From Octopus vulgaris (taxonomy: Eukaryota): DNA of 64,000 nt. The position numbers and the translations under genes are program-made. The stretch covers positions 69,316,001-69,380,000 of the forward strand of contig OX597830.1 in the NCBI GenBank assembly GCA_951406725.2, in the 5' to 3' direction. The notes under the pieces were generated by a model, which was given only the letters and a program-made list of their open reading frames with translations, was not told where the DNA came from and ran no database searches. Positions 39,123 through 52,403 of the stretch are shown here, in pieces (positions within the stretch are counted from its first letter, which is position 1; every line of letters starts with the position of its first letter).

Positions 39123-39604
39123 CATATATGTTTGCATGCATATGAATGTGTATGTGTAATTGTCTCTTTGCTTTGACTTTGTCTTTTCTGTTAAAAACTA
39201 ATACTGCTATTTTTTAGTAATCTTTATGTATTTTTAATGGATAAAAGTTCCTAGATCAACTCTAATGTGATACAAATATAGGAATAAGATTTCTAATGAA
39301 AGTAAACTATTCAAAACCTAGTGTAAAGGTAACCGGAATTAAACAAAACAATGAAAAAAATATGTGTACACAATATAAAGTATTCGTTTAATGCAGTAAA
39401 GAAGAATTAAGAAGTGATAAACAATTCGATGATTTGGGCATAAGCTCTTGCTCAAGATAGAGAAGGGAGATAATAAGAAATGATATGACTGGAGTAGTGA
39501 TGTAGAAGTAAAGATAAGTGTGGGAAGAAACCTTCAGATATTTCTGGTTGAAGACAGCTATGAAACTAATTATGGATTCAAAAAGGCTGAAACAGCTATG
39601 TCAA
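38459..39604. repeat. Long inverted repeat, arms about 325 bp (38459-38783 and 39281-39604)
   Basis: Arms align as reverse complements with only scattered mismatches; the roughly 500-bp spacer includes a SINE fragment. Confidence 0.9.
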
Positions 39605-39950
39605 AACAGATAACAATAATAGTAATAATAATCCTTTCTGCTTTAGGCACAAGGCCTGAAATTTTCGGGGAAGGGGACAGTTGATTACATGAACCCCAGT
39701 ATTCAGCTGGTACTTATTTTATCAATCCTGAAAGGATGAAAGGCAAAGTCAACCTTGGTAGAATTTGAACTCAGAACATAAGGATGGACATTTCAAAACT
39801 TACAGTGTGGCTTAGAATGCGTTGCTTACCCATGTTTTTTAATTGAACTGAATTAATACTTTTTTTTAAGTATCACCATTATAGGTATTTATACTCTGAT
39901 GCAATTAAGAAATCAACTCATAAATAAACGAAACCTTTGAATCTATTAGT

Positions 39951-39995
<45 letters not shown>

Positions 39996-40100
39996 ACACT
40001 GTCTTTCACTGATAGTGCACATGCACTTTTATACAATTTAGGACAGTTGATCTGCCATCCCACAGGGAAGTCAGGATTTCACCACAACAACAACAACAAC

Positions 40101-40225
<125 letters not shown>

Positions 40226-40453
40226 GAATAATAATAATAATACTTTCTATGTAATCTCAAGTTTTAAAACAAACATAATTTTTTTTTTGTTTTTTTTGTT
40301 TTTAGGCATTCACTAGTACAACATTAAATACAAAACCAAATATATGGCACACTAGACATAACAACAATTCGAACTTCCAACCTGTTGTCTCTTGAGGTCT
40401 CTAGGTGAGACTTGGAGCCAACTTGTACAAATGTAAAGCATAAGTCAAACATA

Positions 40454-40525
<72 letters not shown>

Positions 40526-40956
40526 CAGGCAAGAACTCTGGTGTTGAAGACAGTCAGCCAGCCAACGAGACAGACAGACACTACTGTGATGGTGATAATG
40601 ATAAAAATAATAATAATAATAATGATGGACTCTCCCATCAAAGATGATGTATGTGTGTTCAGCTTTTGCCAATCAGCTTGTACAAATGGTTTGTTTACAG
40701 AGATGAAATGTATGCACTGTACATTAGTTCACTCCCTCCATTAAATCAGAATTGCTTCAGGTGTCAGACTGATTGCAGAGAAACATGAGATGGAGTGTTT
40801 TGCTCAAGAACACAATGCCCCGCCTGGTCTAAGAATTGAAACCATGGTTTCACAATCGTGAGTGCAACATCCTAACCACTAGGACATGTGTCCTCAATAA
40901 TGATAATGATAATAATAATAACAACAATAATAATAATAATAATAATAATGATGATG

Positions 40957-41014
<58 letters not shown>

Positions 41015-41018
<4 letters not shown>

Positions 41019-41258
41019 GTAGGTGCATTAGGCATGATAAAAAAATATTCAGACAAATACATAACAAAAACACCAGGACTTACAAACACATATAACATAC
41101 AGAAAATTGCACTACTAGGCACTGCACACATCCTACGCAGAACACTTTCCATACAATAACCATCAGAGCATCACAACAAATCACAGCACATACCCAAGGC
41201 ACACAGAGCTGCGCTCGGTAGTGAAGTGAAAGCACGCTATAAAAATAAAACTACTGAA
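41015..41258 (+). mobile_element. R4/Dong-like 3' fragment in (TAA)n
   Basis: IVGALGMIKK...IQKIALLGTAHILRRTLSIQ*; TAA tracts on both flanks. Confidence 0.75.
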
Positions 41259-41310
41259 TAATAATAATAATAACAATAATAATAATAATGGCATGCACTG
41301 CTCTCTCATC

Positions 41311-41359
<49 letters not shown>

Positions 41360-41377
41360 TGTGCAATTTTTTCTTAC

Positions 41378-41446
41378 ATGTTCAGCAGCAACTTGAGCTA
41401 TTTCTAATAATCGGAGTTTGCCATTATATTCTACCAATGTTCCACC
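41378..41446 (-). CDS. UGP2: UGP2 coding exon
   Basis: tttcAG|GGTGGA encodes GGTLVEYNGKLRLLEIAQVAAEH; donor GTAAGA. Confidence 0.95.
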
Positions 41447-41543
41447 CTGAAAAAGAGAGAAATATATATAAAAAAAATACATTATGAGGATAAGAAGTAA
41501 AAACGTTCATGCTACTAGTGCTACCCCCTTCTCTGAGTAAATA

Positions 41544-41590
<47 letters not shown>

Positions 41591-42183
41591 TGATGATGAT
41601 GATGATGATGATGATGGTGATAAATGCCCTGATGCAGTACCAGGGCAGTGGTTCTCATAGCTTCTGATCTTAACTGATTGGAAGTGTTATCATGTACATT
41701 GTTTTGTCTTGGTATAAAAGATGGGCTACAGTAAATATTCTACTCAATACCACAGATTTTCTTGTCAGTTGTTTGACCATAAACAGTTGACCATGTCCTT
41801 TGGTGACTGATGATATGTGCATCTCTGATCACGAGCAGAAGTAGTGGGGGAGCATCATAGCCTTGTGTTGAGAGGGATTCTTTGGGGTTTGGATAATTCA
41901 CCTCTGGAAACATGGGTGGTTCTTTCAACATCCTTAAACAACCCTTATTCAGGGATCTTTTGAGTGGGATGGGCTACTCGACCTGAAGAAAATTCTAACT
42001 GGGCTCCACCTGTAAGGTCATGTGCTGTTTATCTTGATATGAGATCACCATGTCATGCACAAATGGTTGTGATGCATGTGTCCAGTGTACCCTTATCAGA
42101 TGATGGCTAGTCATGATGGGTGTACTGGCTTTTGTATATTTTACCCCAATGTCACTTTGATTGAATGCACTGCTCTCTCACTC

Positions 42184-42225
<42 letters not shown>

Positions 42226-42471
42226 TATGATGATGATAATGATAGAGGAGGTAGAAAAAAAAGAAAAGTAAGAAGAAAAGATTAAGAAGAAAATTGAGAA
42301 GAAACGAATGAAAGGAGGGAGGAGGAGGCACAGGGGAAGGAGGAGGAGGATTATAGTTTTCATTGAAAAACACATGATCCTTAATTTATTGATTCTTTGA
42401 GCAGACAAATAATATAAGGGTTGCTGAGTTATGACAACATCAAAAAAGGGCCAAACTGATAATATACAAAC

Positions 42472-42560
42472 CTTAATGTCTGCTCTTGTCTTATCTGTAA
42501 CTTCCATTACAAATTCTGGTGCTTCACCATTCTGGCGCTTTATAAGAGATTTCAAAATAT
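42472..42560 (-). CDS. UGP2: UGP2 coding exon starting after an AC acceptor
   Basis: (H)ILKSLIKRQNGEAPEFVMEVTDKTRADIK; donor GTTTGT. Confidence 0.93.
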
Positions 42561-42897
42561 GTTCAGAGAGTTAAGGAAGAAAATCTTTACCAGCAATTCT
42601 TAGACCAATAGATAGATAAGTCTACACACATACATACATACATACATACATACATACATACATGCATACATACATACATACACACACATGTTCTTTTACT
42701 TGTTTCAGTCATTTGAGACTGTGACCATGCTGGAGCACTGCCTTAATGGGTTTTAGGGTCAAGAAATCGACCCCAGGGCTTATTCTTTGTAAGCCTAGTG
42801 CTTATTCTATCAGTCTTTTTTTGCTGAACTGCTAAGTTACAGGGATACACCAGCATCAGTTGAAAAGCAATAGTGGTGGTCGTGGTGGGGATGGTGA

Positions 42898-42951
<54 letters not shown>

Positions 42952-43555
42952 AATATATATATTTACGATGGGCTTCTTTCAGCCTCCATCTACCACATTC
43001 ACTCACAAGGTTTTGGTCGGCCCAAGGCTATAATACAAGACACCTTCCCAAGGTGCCACACAGTGGGACTGAAACTGGAACCATGTGGTTGGGAAGCAAG
43101 CTTCTTACCACACAGCCACACCTTCACCTATATACATATACACTTTTTATTCATTTTGGTCATTAGACTGCAGCTATGCTGGGGCCCTGTGTTAAAGGTC
43201 AAATCATAAAAAAAGACCCCACCCCCAATATTTATCTTTTTCTAAGCTTCGTACTTATTCTTTTAGTCACTTTTGGCCAAACCATCAACTTACGTGGATG
43301 TAAACAAACCAATACCAGTTGTCAATTGATAGTTGGGGACAAACACAAGGCATACACATATAGATATATATAATAATAAAAACATTGTGTACAGTGCTCA
43401 GGTGCACTACAACTCATCTAAAGTGTATGTATAATCAGGTGTAGTTTCGGCGTATTTCGGAAAGCATGAGGGCCTTAAAGGATGCAGTGTCATGGCAGTC
43501 AACAACTGACGCAGGCAGTTTGTTCCATGCTTCAGCAACTCTGAGCGTGAAAAAA

Positions 43556-43905
43556 TGGGTTGTCCGGAAAGTTCCTGCCGATTTTTAAAGGAAAGTAAAA
43601 GGTCAATAAATACTTGCCATTACATTTTTTATCAACCAAATATGAACCATTTTGTTGCAAAATGTGTCTCCATCTTTCCTTTAACTTGAAAATACCTTCT
43701 TCCCAGAATTGAAGTGGTTTCATGGCAAAGAATTCATCAAGGTATCTTTTTATGTCATCCAAGGAATTGAAATTTTTACCAGTAGACTATTCTGCAGAGA
43801 CCTGAATAAGTGGAAATCTGAAGGAGCAATATCTAGTGAATATGGAGGGTGGGGTAACATATCCCAGCCGAGCTGCAGCAATTTTTGTCTGGTTCCCAAA
43901 GCATC
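43556..43905 (-). mobile_element. mariner transposase 3' remnant with TIR
   Basis: QKLLQLGWDMLPHPPYSLDIAPSDFHLFRSLQN and ...FWEEGIFKLKERWRHILQQNGSY; terminus ...gaactttccggacaaccc. Confidence 0.85.
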
Positions 43906-44308
43906 AAGTGCTGAAAATGAACAACCCAATATATATATAGACAATAGGGTTCTTTCAGTTTCCATCTACCAGATCCACTTGCAAGGCTTTGGTTGGCCCA
44001 GGGCTGTGGTAGAAGATACTTGCTGAAGGTGTCACTGGGTGGGATTGAACCCAAGGCCATATTGTTGGGAAGCAAACTTCTTGCCACACAGCCTCACACT
44101 TGTGCCTAGTGACCGAGATCTTTGGCAATACGTGGTGCTTGAGAAGACCTGTCAAACCAAGTGAAATTGTAGTTGTGGCCAATCCTAGTGTCACGTAACT
44201 GGCACCTATGCGAGTGGCACATAAAAGGCACTCGTTACACTCTTGGAGTCACTGGTGTTAGGAAGGGCATCCAGTGGTAGAGACCATACTGAATCAGATT
44301 GGAACTTG

Positions 44309-44613
44309 TGGAGGCACATGGCCTAGTGGTTAGAGCAGTGGACTCACAGTCAAGGGATCGTGGGTTCGAATCTCAGACCGGGTGATGTGTGTGTTTATGA
44401 GCAAAAACACCTAAGCTCCACGTGACTCCAGCAGAAGGTAATGGCAAAATTCTGCTGACTCTTTCGCCACAACTTTCTTCCACTCTTTCCTCCTGCATCT
44501 TGCAGCTCACCTGCGACGGACCGGCATTCCATCCAGGTGGGGAACCTATATGCCAAGAAACCGGGAAACCGGCCCTTATGAGCCAGGCATGGCTCGAGAA
44601 GGAACAAACAACA
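44309..44613 (+). mobile_element. tRNA-derived SINE with 13-bp TSD, inserted in a (GAT)n-tail element
   Basis: A-box tggcctagtggtt, B-box ggttcgaatc; AGATTGGAACTTG at 44296-44308 and 44614-44626. Confidence 0.8.
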
Positions 44614-44859
44614 AGATTGGAACTTGGTGCAGCTCTCCAGCTAACCAGTTTCAGCCAGACAACCTGACTCTTGATGAACAGTCAATGGCATTGAAGAGAG
44701 TAAAGAGTAAAGTTGCATTTGAGAAAATGTTAGCTGACTTGGAGCACTAGAAGTCATCAGAATATTGGGAAAGAGTTACCTGTATCATGATAATTCGTTA
44801 CAGGTATGAAAACGCCAGCATCATAACTGCTGCTCAATGCTTATGATCACAAAGTTGTA

Positions 44860-45500
44860 AGGCATAACATGGGTATCATGAAAACCAAATTCCCCCAAGT
44901 TGTGATGGTCTTTGGGTGTGTCCCCAGTGAAATGCCCCACACCTCTTAACCCTTTTGTTACCGTATTTATTTTGAGATGCTCTGTGTTTCTTTCAATTAA
45001 TTATAAATATAACTAAGAATTTAGTAAAATAACTTAATTATCATTAACCTAGTATTAGGAACATAAATTGTGACTAAGGTTTGATGGAAGATTTTAATTC
45101 AAAACTTATGAAAATAAGACAATTCTACTACAGAGCCAGAGGCGGTTTCAGCCAGGTTGGTATTGAAAGGGTTAATAGGGCCTTAGGCTCAATTAAGACA
45201 TCTATGTGAAGCTGCTGGAAACTATCATCAAACCATGACTAGAGAGAGTTGCTGCTGGAAGGCCATATGTGTGGCTACATGATTCAGTCCCTTACCATAC
45301 CCCTAGAAAAAGTAACTGGACCCCACCTGCAAGGTCATGTACTGTTTATCTTGATATGAGATCACCATGTCACGCGCATATGGTTGTGATGCATGTGCCC
45401 GGTGTACCCTTATCAGACGATGGCTAGTCATGATGGGTGTACTGGCTTTTGAATATTTTATCCCAATGTCACTTTGATTGAATGCACTGCTCTCTCACTC

Positions 45501-45545
<45 letters not shown>

Positions 45546-45870
45546 TATGATGATGATAATGATAGAGGAGGTAGAAAACGACTTTACCAGCCCCAACTTT
45601 TGATTTCTTGATTCCCCCAACTGTAATCTTATGGATTGCCATGTGGGGTGTGGTTGAGGAAGACACCAACTGCTCTACCTCAACACCAAGGCCAAGATGA
45701 TGGCGAAGATCAAGGTGTTTGAATAACTACCCGAAGGGTACAGCAAGGAATGCATACACCAAGTCATGGAACCATCATGAAGCCATCGTAGTGGAAGCTG
45801 AGGGTGGCTACTTTTAGTATACTTGGTGTCTCTCAGCCATAATCTAGTTGATATTTTTTGGATTTTTAAA
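44860..45870 (+). mobile_element. Fragmented Tc1/mariner-superfamily transposase, split by a MITE and a local duplication
   Basis: MKTKFPQVVMVFGCVPS...GRPYVWLHDSVPYH...SPNCNLMDCHVWGVVE (decayed SPDxNPxDxxVW motif). Confidence 0.65.
44946..45175 (+). mobile_element. piggyBac-type MITE (TTAA-CCC...GGG-TTAA)
   Basis: ttaaccctttt...gaaagggttaa; other copies at about 4292-4520 (-) and 21531-21759 (+). Confidence 0.75.
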
Positions 45871-45934
45871 AACGCATTTATTTTCTTGGATGGTATATTG
45901 CTTTCTTTTCCTTTAATGCAAACTGCATAAAACA

Positions 45935-45997
<63 letters not shown>

Positions 45998-46155
45998 TCT
46001 CTCTCTCTATGTAGACAGACAAACATATAGATAGACAGAATAACGAGAATAAAATGAATGGGCATTTCAGAGTATTAATAGATGAAACAAGTGAAAGATG
46101 GAAAAAGAAAAACGAAAAAGATTTTATTTTATCATTATGTTACTATATGTAAGAA

Positions 46156-46537
46156 CTAGCAGTATCACCTGGTGTTGCTCGGGTTTGTTTCAACCCTTTA
46201 GAATTGGAATTTTTGAAAAATAAAAATTTTGCATTATGTAGCTTGTTATTCTCTTTAAGTGAACATATTCCTGGTTGAAATACACCGAAAAATGGCGACA
46301 CAGCAGAAAAAAATCGTAAAAAATAGGGATTTGCATAGAGAAAAAGCACCTTTTTGATGTAAATAATTTTAGGTCTTCACATGGTCCGATTTGAATTTTT
46401 CCTTCTACGGAAGGAAGAGCAAGCCCATACACTCAATTTTGGTCAACTTGCACCGCAGGGTCTTGGAGGAGATAGTGTTAGTTGAAGGCTACCAAACCTG
46501 CCATACACAGACAACTTCAGCTTTATACATATAGAGA
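46156..46537 (-). mobile_element. Non-autonomous Helitron
   Basis: Minus strand starts TC, ends with the hairpin cccgagcaacaccagg then CTAG; inserted between A and T, no TSD. Confidence 0.75.
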
Positions 46538-48000
46538 TTTAAAACAATTAGAACTTTTGTGCCAAATTCTGATTTTTACTGTCATAAATACCATCTCATC
46601 GTCTACTGCTTTTCAGTGCCTGAATCAATATCTCTTTCCACCAATTACATTCGTTTCACATCAATTTCTACAAGCTGTATAATATCATCTTTCAATCTGT
46701 TAATCATCATCATCATCATCATCATTGTTTAATGTCCGTTTTCCATTCTGGCATGGGTTGGACAGTTTGACTGGGGACTGGCAAGCCAGGAGGCCTCATC
46801 AGGCTCCAATCTGATCTGGCAAGGTTTCTACAGCTTGATGCCCTTCCTAATGCCAACCACTCCTAGAGTGTAGTGTGTGCTTTTTACATGCCATCGGCAC
46901 ATGAGCCAGTCAGGCGGCACTGGCATCGGCCACATTTGGATGGTGCTTTTTACGTGCTACTAGCACAGGAGCCAGTCAGAAGGGATGGGGGCTGGCATCA
47001 ACCATGTTCGGATGGTACTTTTTTCATGCCACCGGCACAGGGAGCCAGTCTGGCAGTGGAATTTTTTTTTTTCCACAATGCGGTAAAAAGCTTGCTTCTC
47101 AACCATATGGTTTTAGGTTCAGTCTAACTTCATGGAACCTTGAGCAAGTCTCTTTTGCTACAGCTTAGAGCTAACCAAACCCTTGTGAGTAGATTTGGCA
47201 GTGGGAAGCTGAAGGAAACTTGTTGTACCTGTGAGAGAGAGAAAGAGAGAGAGAGTGTGTGTGTGGGTGGGTGTGTGCACACGCGCGTGTGTGTGTGTGT
47301 GTGTGTGCGTGTGTGTCTGTGCGTGTGTGTGTGTGTTTGCATCTATGTGTTTGTCCGCTACAATTACTTGACAATCAGCATTGGGTTACTTACATCCCTG
47401 TAACTTAGCAGTTCACCAAAAATAACTGATAGAATAAGTACCAATGATACTTCAGCATTTAAACCAGCAATATCCAACCAAAAAATTCTGCCTGTTTTAT
47501 GTTCAAACTAACCAGATTTGGCCTCTTACACTTACCCTACAATGTCATTCTAAAAATAAACAATCACATCGTTGAAATCTCAAAGCTAGGAGATAAGGCA
47601 GGATTAATTCAAAACAATGAATAAATAAGCATTGGATTTGACAAAATAGTCTAAATGCAGTGGAAGAGAAGAAATCCAACATTCTCAGTCCCTGGACCAC
47701 ACTTTTGCTCACTGCTATTGGGCAGAGATGGTTATTCGCAAGTGGAAGCCCTGTGAGTCAGTGAGGTTGTTCCAGTGCCTCTCCCTCACTTTAAAGTAAC
47801 ACCTTTTCTATTTGATCCACTGAAAACATGAGGCCGACTAACAGCCCTTTTTTAGATATTTCTTTGTTGTGAGGAAGAGGAAAGACATGATGATTTAGGC
47901 AGTGCTCTTCATCAAGGTAAAAGAAAGAAAAACCCAAACAACATTGAAATGAAATTGTCAGCATTCAAAATTTAGATGTTTCTGGAGAATTATACTGGAC

Positions 48001-48275
48001 TATCCTGTTGTGTCTGGGGAGAGTCATTTTCTTTTTGTGCCTTATAATGTAACACACTCACCGGTAAAATTTCCACTTATTTCTTATTTTTATTTTCCTA
48101 AAATTTTCGTTGCGTCTTGCAACCTTTTCAATAAGAAATAAATGGAAATTTTACCAGTGAGTGTGTTAAATAATTATAAGGCACAAAAAGAAAATGACTC
48201 TCCCCAGACACAACAGAATATGCTTCAACACACGAACTTACTTAAAGAATCTTGCAAACCAAATCCAAACACGAA
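48001..48275. mobile_element. Fold-back insertion bounded by a 12-bp direct repeat
   Basis: Arms about 48001-48088 and 48130-48220; ATACTGGACTAT at 47992-48003 and 48276-48287. Confidence 0.75.
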
Positions 48276-49400
48276 ATACTGGACTATATCGTCTCTTAAA
48301 CCATATATTCAAATATATACAGACACAAATAATTGTCATGAGCAATATCATGTAAGTAATCTTGGTACGCATTTGTAAACAATACAGTTGAAAATGGTCA
48401 GAATGCTGAATGGTTTAAGACACAGTATAACATCATCAACGACAGCAATAGCTTGCCAATCAACTGTGTCACTACATTGTGTTAGTCAGCATCATCATCA
48501 TCATCATCATCATTATCATTTAACATCCGCTTTCCATGTTGGTATGGGTTGAACGGTTTGACAGTTGCCTGCACCAAACTCCACTGTCTGTTTTGGCATG
48601 GTTTTTACAGCTGGATACCCTTCCTGACATCAACCACTTTATACAGTGGATTGGGTGCTTTTTATGTGGCACCAGCACTGGTGAGGTCTGTTTTGGTATG
48701 GTTTTTACATCTGGATGCTCTTCCAAACACCAACCACTTTACAGTGTAGACTGAGTACTTTTTACATGGCACCAGTACTGACAAGGTCACCAAGCAACTC
48801 ACAACCCCCACCAGTGCTGGTTCCACATAAAAAAAGCATCCAGTTCACACTGTAAATTGGCTAGCATTTGGAAGGACATCCAAATGTAAAGATCATGTCA
48901 AAACAGTGAACTAATTCCATGTTGAAACGCAGAACATCCATTGATGATGTCTTCACCAAAGTGATGACACCTTATTAGAGAACACTTACAAAGAACTTCT
49001 TTCAAAGAAAACGACAAAGAACAGATGTTATAAAGGCCATCTTTTAAACTTCTTACTATTGCCATTGTTTGATTTAAACTGTACTGAATAAAAAAGCAGA
49101 AGAAAATCTATTGTTATATTTCAAGAAGGGCATTTAAAATTTTTTTTGGCCAAATAGTCAGAGGCACTATATATCCATTCTTCACTTCAGCTTTATTATT
49201 ATTCTTATTTTAGCATCCTTTGAGTAAAATATTTCATCACACATCCTGTGACCTCTTCAGTGACTCTCCATCCCACGTGTCTCCTCCTGTCCTGCTTAGT
49301 CCATTCTCTATGTTTTTATGATTCCAATAATGATGATGATGATGATATATAGATATGTGGCAAGGAACTTTGAATAGCAAAATAAAAGTATGCATATTTA

Positions 49401-49450
<50 letters not shown>

Positions 49451-50801
49451 ACATATCTTTTATCTTTTACTTGTTTCAGTTACTTGACTGCAGCCATGCT
49501 AGGGCACTGCCTTGAAGGGTTTTTTAAGTCAAACAAGTTGACCCACAGGATTTTTTTTTCTTTAAAGCCTGGTTTCTTATTCTATTGGTCTCTTTTACTG
49601 ACCCACTAAGTTATGGGGATGTAAACACACCAATGCTGGTTGTCAAGCAGTAGTGGAAGTCAAACACAGACACACACACAGACACACACACAGACACACA
49701 CACACACACAGACACACACACACACACATATATATAATGGGTTTCTTTCAGTTTCTTATTTCTTTACTACCCACAAGGGGCTAAACACAGAGGGGACAAA
49801 CAAGGACAGACAGAGGAATTAAGTTGATTACATCAACCCCAGTGCATAACTGGTACTTAATTTATCAACCCCGAAAGGATGAAAGGCAAATTCAACCTCG
49901 GTGGAATTTGAACTCAGAACATAACGGCAGACCAAATACTGCTAAGCATTTCGCCTGGCGTGCTAATGTTTCTGCCAACCAAATCCACTCACAAAGATTT
50001 GGTTGGCCCAAGGTCATAGTAGAATATACTTACCCAAGGTGGGAATGAACTCGGAACCATGTGGTTGGGAAGCAAACATTTTACCAACCAGCCACAGCTG
50101 CACCTATATAACAAGCTTCTTTCAGTTTCTGTCTGTTAAATCCCCTCAAAAGGCTTTGGTCCAAATCCCCTCACAAGGCCATAGTAGAAGACATTTTCCC
50201 AAGGTGTCACATAGTGGGACTGAACCTAGAACCATGTGGTTAGGAAGCAAGCTTCTAAGCACCTCACTTTGCAGTCACATGGTTTCTGGTTCAGTCCCCC
50301 TAAACAGCATCTTAGGCAAATGTCTTCTATTATAACCACAGGTTAACTAATAGCTTGTGAACAAATTTGGTAGTCAGAAACTGTGTGGAAGCCTGTTGTA
50401 CGTATAAATGTGTGTGTGTGTATGTGCTTATCTACTACCATCACTTGATTACTGGTGTCGGTTTGTTTACATCCCTGTAACTTTAACAGTGTAGCAGAAG
50501 TAACAGTCTTACAAAAATAAGTATGGGGTCTAATTTGTTCAACTGAAGTAAACCCTTCAAGGCGGTGCTCCAGCATGACCACAGTCCAATTACTGAACAA
50601 GTAACAGATAAATGAGATAGATATACACACACAGAGTAGACCTTGTTATAACAGAGTACCAAATTTCAACCCAAGGCTATGGCTGAAGAACCAAAGTACT
50701 GTGGAATAGGTTTGAACCTGGAAGCGCAATGTTTCTAAGAAAAACTTCTTAACTATACCATAGTACGGTTTGTACCCATATATGGTAAAAAAAAAGGATA
50801 T

Positions 50802-50935
50802 GTAGATCAACGGTAGCTCCTAAATTATCGATATTTGATAGAAACATATATTTGCAACCAGCATCGAGAAACTTCTGTAGAAAACCGCATTTGTAAAAAC
50901 ATTCATAGACATCTCCATGACCAGGAGGGTACCAG
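50802..50935 (-). CDS. UGP2: UGP2 coding exon ending at a U12-type AT donor
   Basis: WYPPGHGDVYECFYKCGFLQKFLDAGCKYMFLSNIDNLGATVDL, followed by C|ATATCCTTTT. Confidence 0.95.
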
Positions 50936-50954
50936 CTGAAACAGATATAAAAAG

Positions 50955-51345
50955 GGTAGTAGTAGTAGTAATAGCGGTAGTGGTGGTGGTGGTGGTGCCA
51001 GTGTTGGCATTGATGCAGTGGCAGCAGTGATGATGATGATGATGATGAAGATGGTAGTGATGGTGGTTGCTGTCGTCGTTGTCATCATAATGGTAGTGAT
51101 GGTGGTGGTGTTGGTGGTGGTTGTGGTGGTCGTTGCCATTGACATCATTGGTTGTAGTAGTGGTGATGGTGGTAGCAGTAGTGGCAGTGATCATGATGAT
51201 GGTGGTGGTGGTGGTGGTCATGGTGGTTGTGGTCTATGTTGTTGTTGTCATGACAACGATGATGGTGGTAGTAGTAATTGTAGTGGCAATCATAATGATG
51301 ATGATGATGGTGATGATGATGATGGTGATGGTGATGACGATGACG
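50955..51345. repeat. Degenerate (GRT/GGT)n trinucleotide tract filling a UGP2 intron
   Basis: Directly visible; a similar tract lies at 22320-22585. Confidence 0.85.
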
Positions 51346-51508
51346 ATATATCTATGTACGTCAGTGTTAAATATTTCTGAGAAATAATCGGAAATAGAGC
51401 AACAACAACAACAACAACAACAATGACAGCAATAAGGTATTAATGACAACAAACAACACAATCACAACAATCAACAGCAACAAGTACAAATATTTCAAGA
51501 TTACAAAC

Positions 51509-51574
51509 CTCTGTGGATCATCATCTTTAGATTTCGGTAAAGGTAACAGGGATTCTTTGATGATTCTTGGGAAC
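51509..51574 (-). CDS. UGP2: UGP2 coding exon
   Basis: aaatAG|G TTC encodes FPRIIKESLLPLPKSKDDDPQ(S); donor GTTTGT; phase 2/2. Confidence 0.92.
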
Positions 51575-51788
51575 CTATTTTGAAAAAAAAAAGGAAAGAA
51601 AAATAATAAAAGTCAGAGGTAAAAAGATTGAAATGCATTTTGTAATTGATGTCTATGACTATATGGTTTGGCAGCTTGCTTCTTAGAATGAAATGTTGGG
51701 CAAGTGGTTTTTATTATAGCGCTTGGGCCAACAAAAGCCTTGTGAGCAGGTTTGCAGAAACAGAAACTGAAAGAAGTCCATTGTGCAT

Positions 51789-51834
<46 letters not shown>

Positions 51835-52403
51835 AAAAATGGGTTTGTATGACATATTGTTTCCCATTATTCTTTAAAAAAAGAAACTTTTGGAAGACTC
51901 GGAATAATCTATGCAATATTATCAATTGGTCTCATAGGATTTATTGTTTGAGCACATCATATATTCACATATATTTGTATGATTGTGTAATAAGGGATAT
52001 ATATTATTCAAAGGAATTCCAACTCTGTTTTTTTATGTTTTATTTATATTCTTTATAATATTAATGTAGAATATAGAATATATAGTATAAATAGTATATA
52101 TAGTAAAATGAAATGAAGTATTGATTGTCTTATTGAATAGATGAAATGTTGAATATAAAATATTAGGGCACTAGTATAGTTTCATGTGTTATAGCAGCCT
52201 TCAAGGTCCCAGGTTGTGACAGGTGTGTTGCATAGATATGTATATACGTATAAGGAGAGATGACCACTAAGTGGACATCCAATATGCTAGAAATCGATCA
52301 CCTATGATTTAACCACAAAGAAAAGAATGTCCTCTAGAAAAATTCAGCAAACACCAGAACATAAGCGGGTAAGACAAATGAAAATATACAAAATAAAGAA
52401 TTA

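Larger units (their letters stand above)
42561..50801 (-). other. U12-type (minor spliceosome) AT-AC intron of UGP2, 8241 nt
   Basis: 5' splice site ATATCCTT (50801-50794), branch point TTCCTTAAC (42578-42570), 3' end ...tctctgaAC. The join restores ATVDL-H-ILK in frame. Confidence 0.92.
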
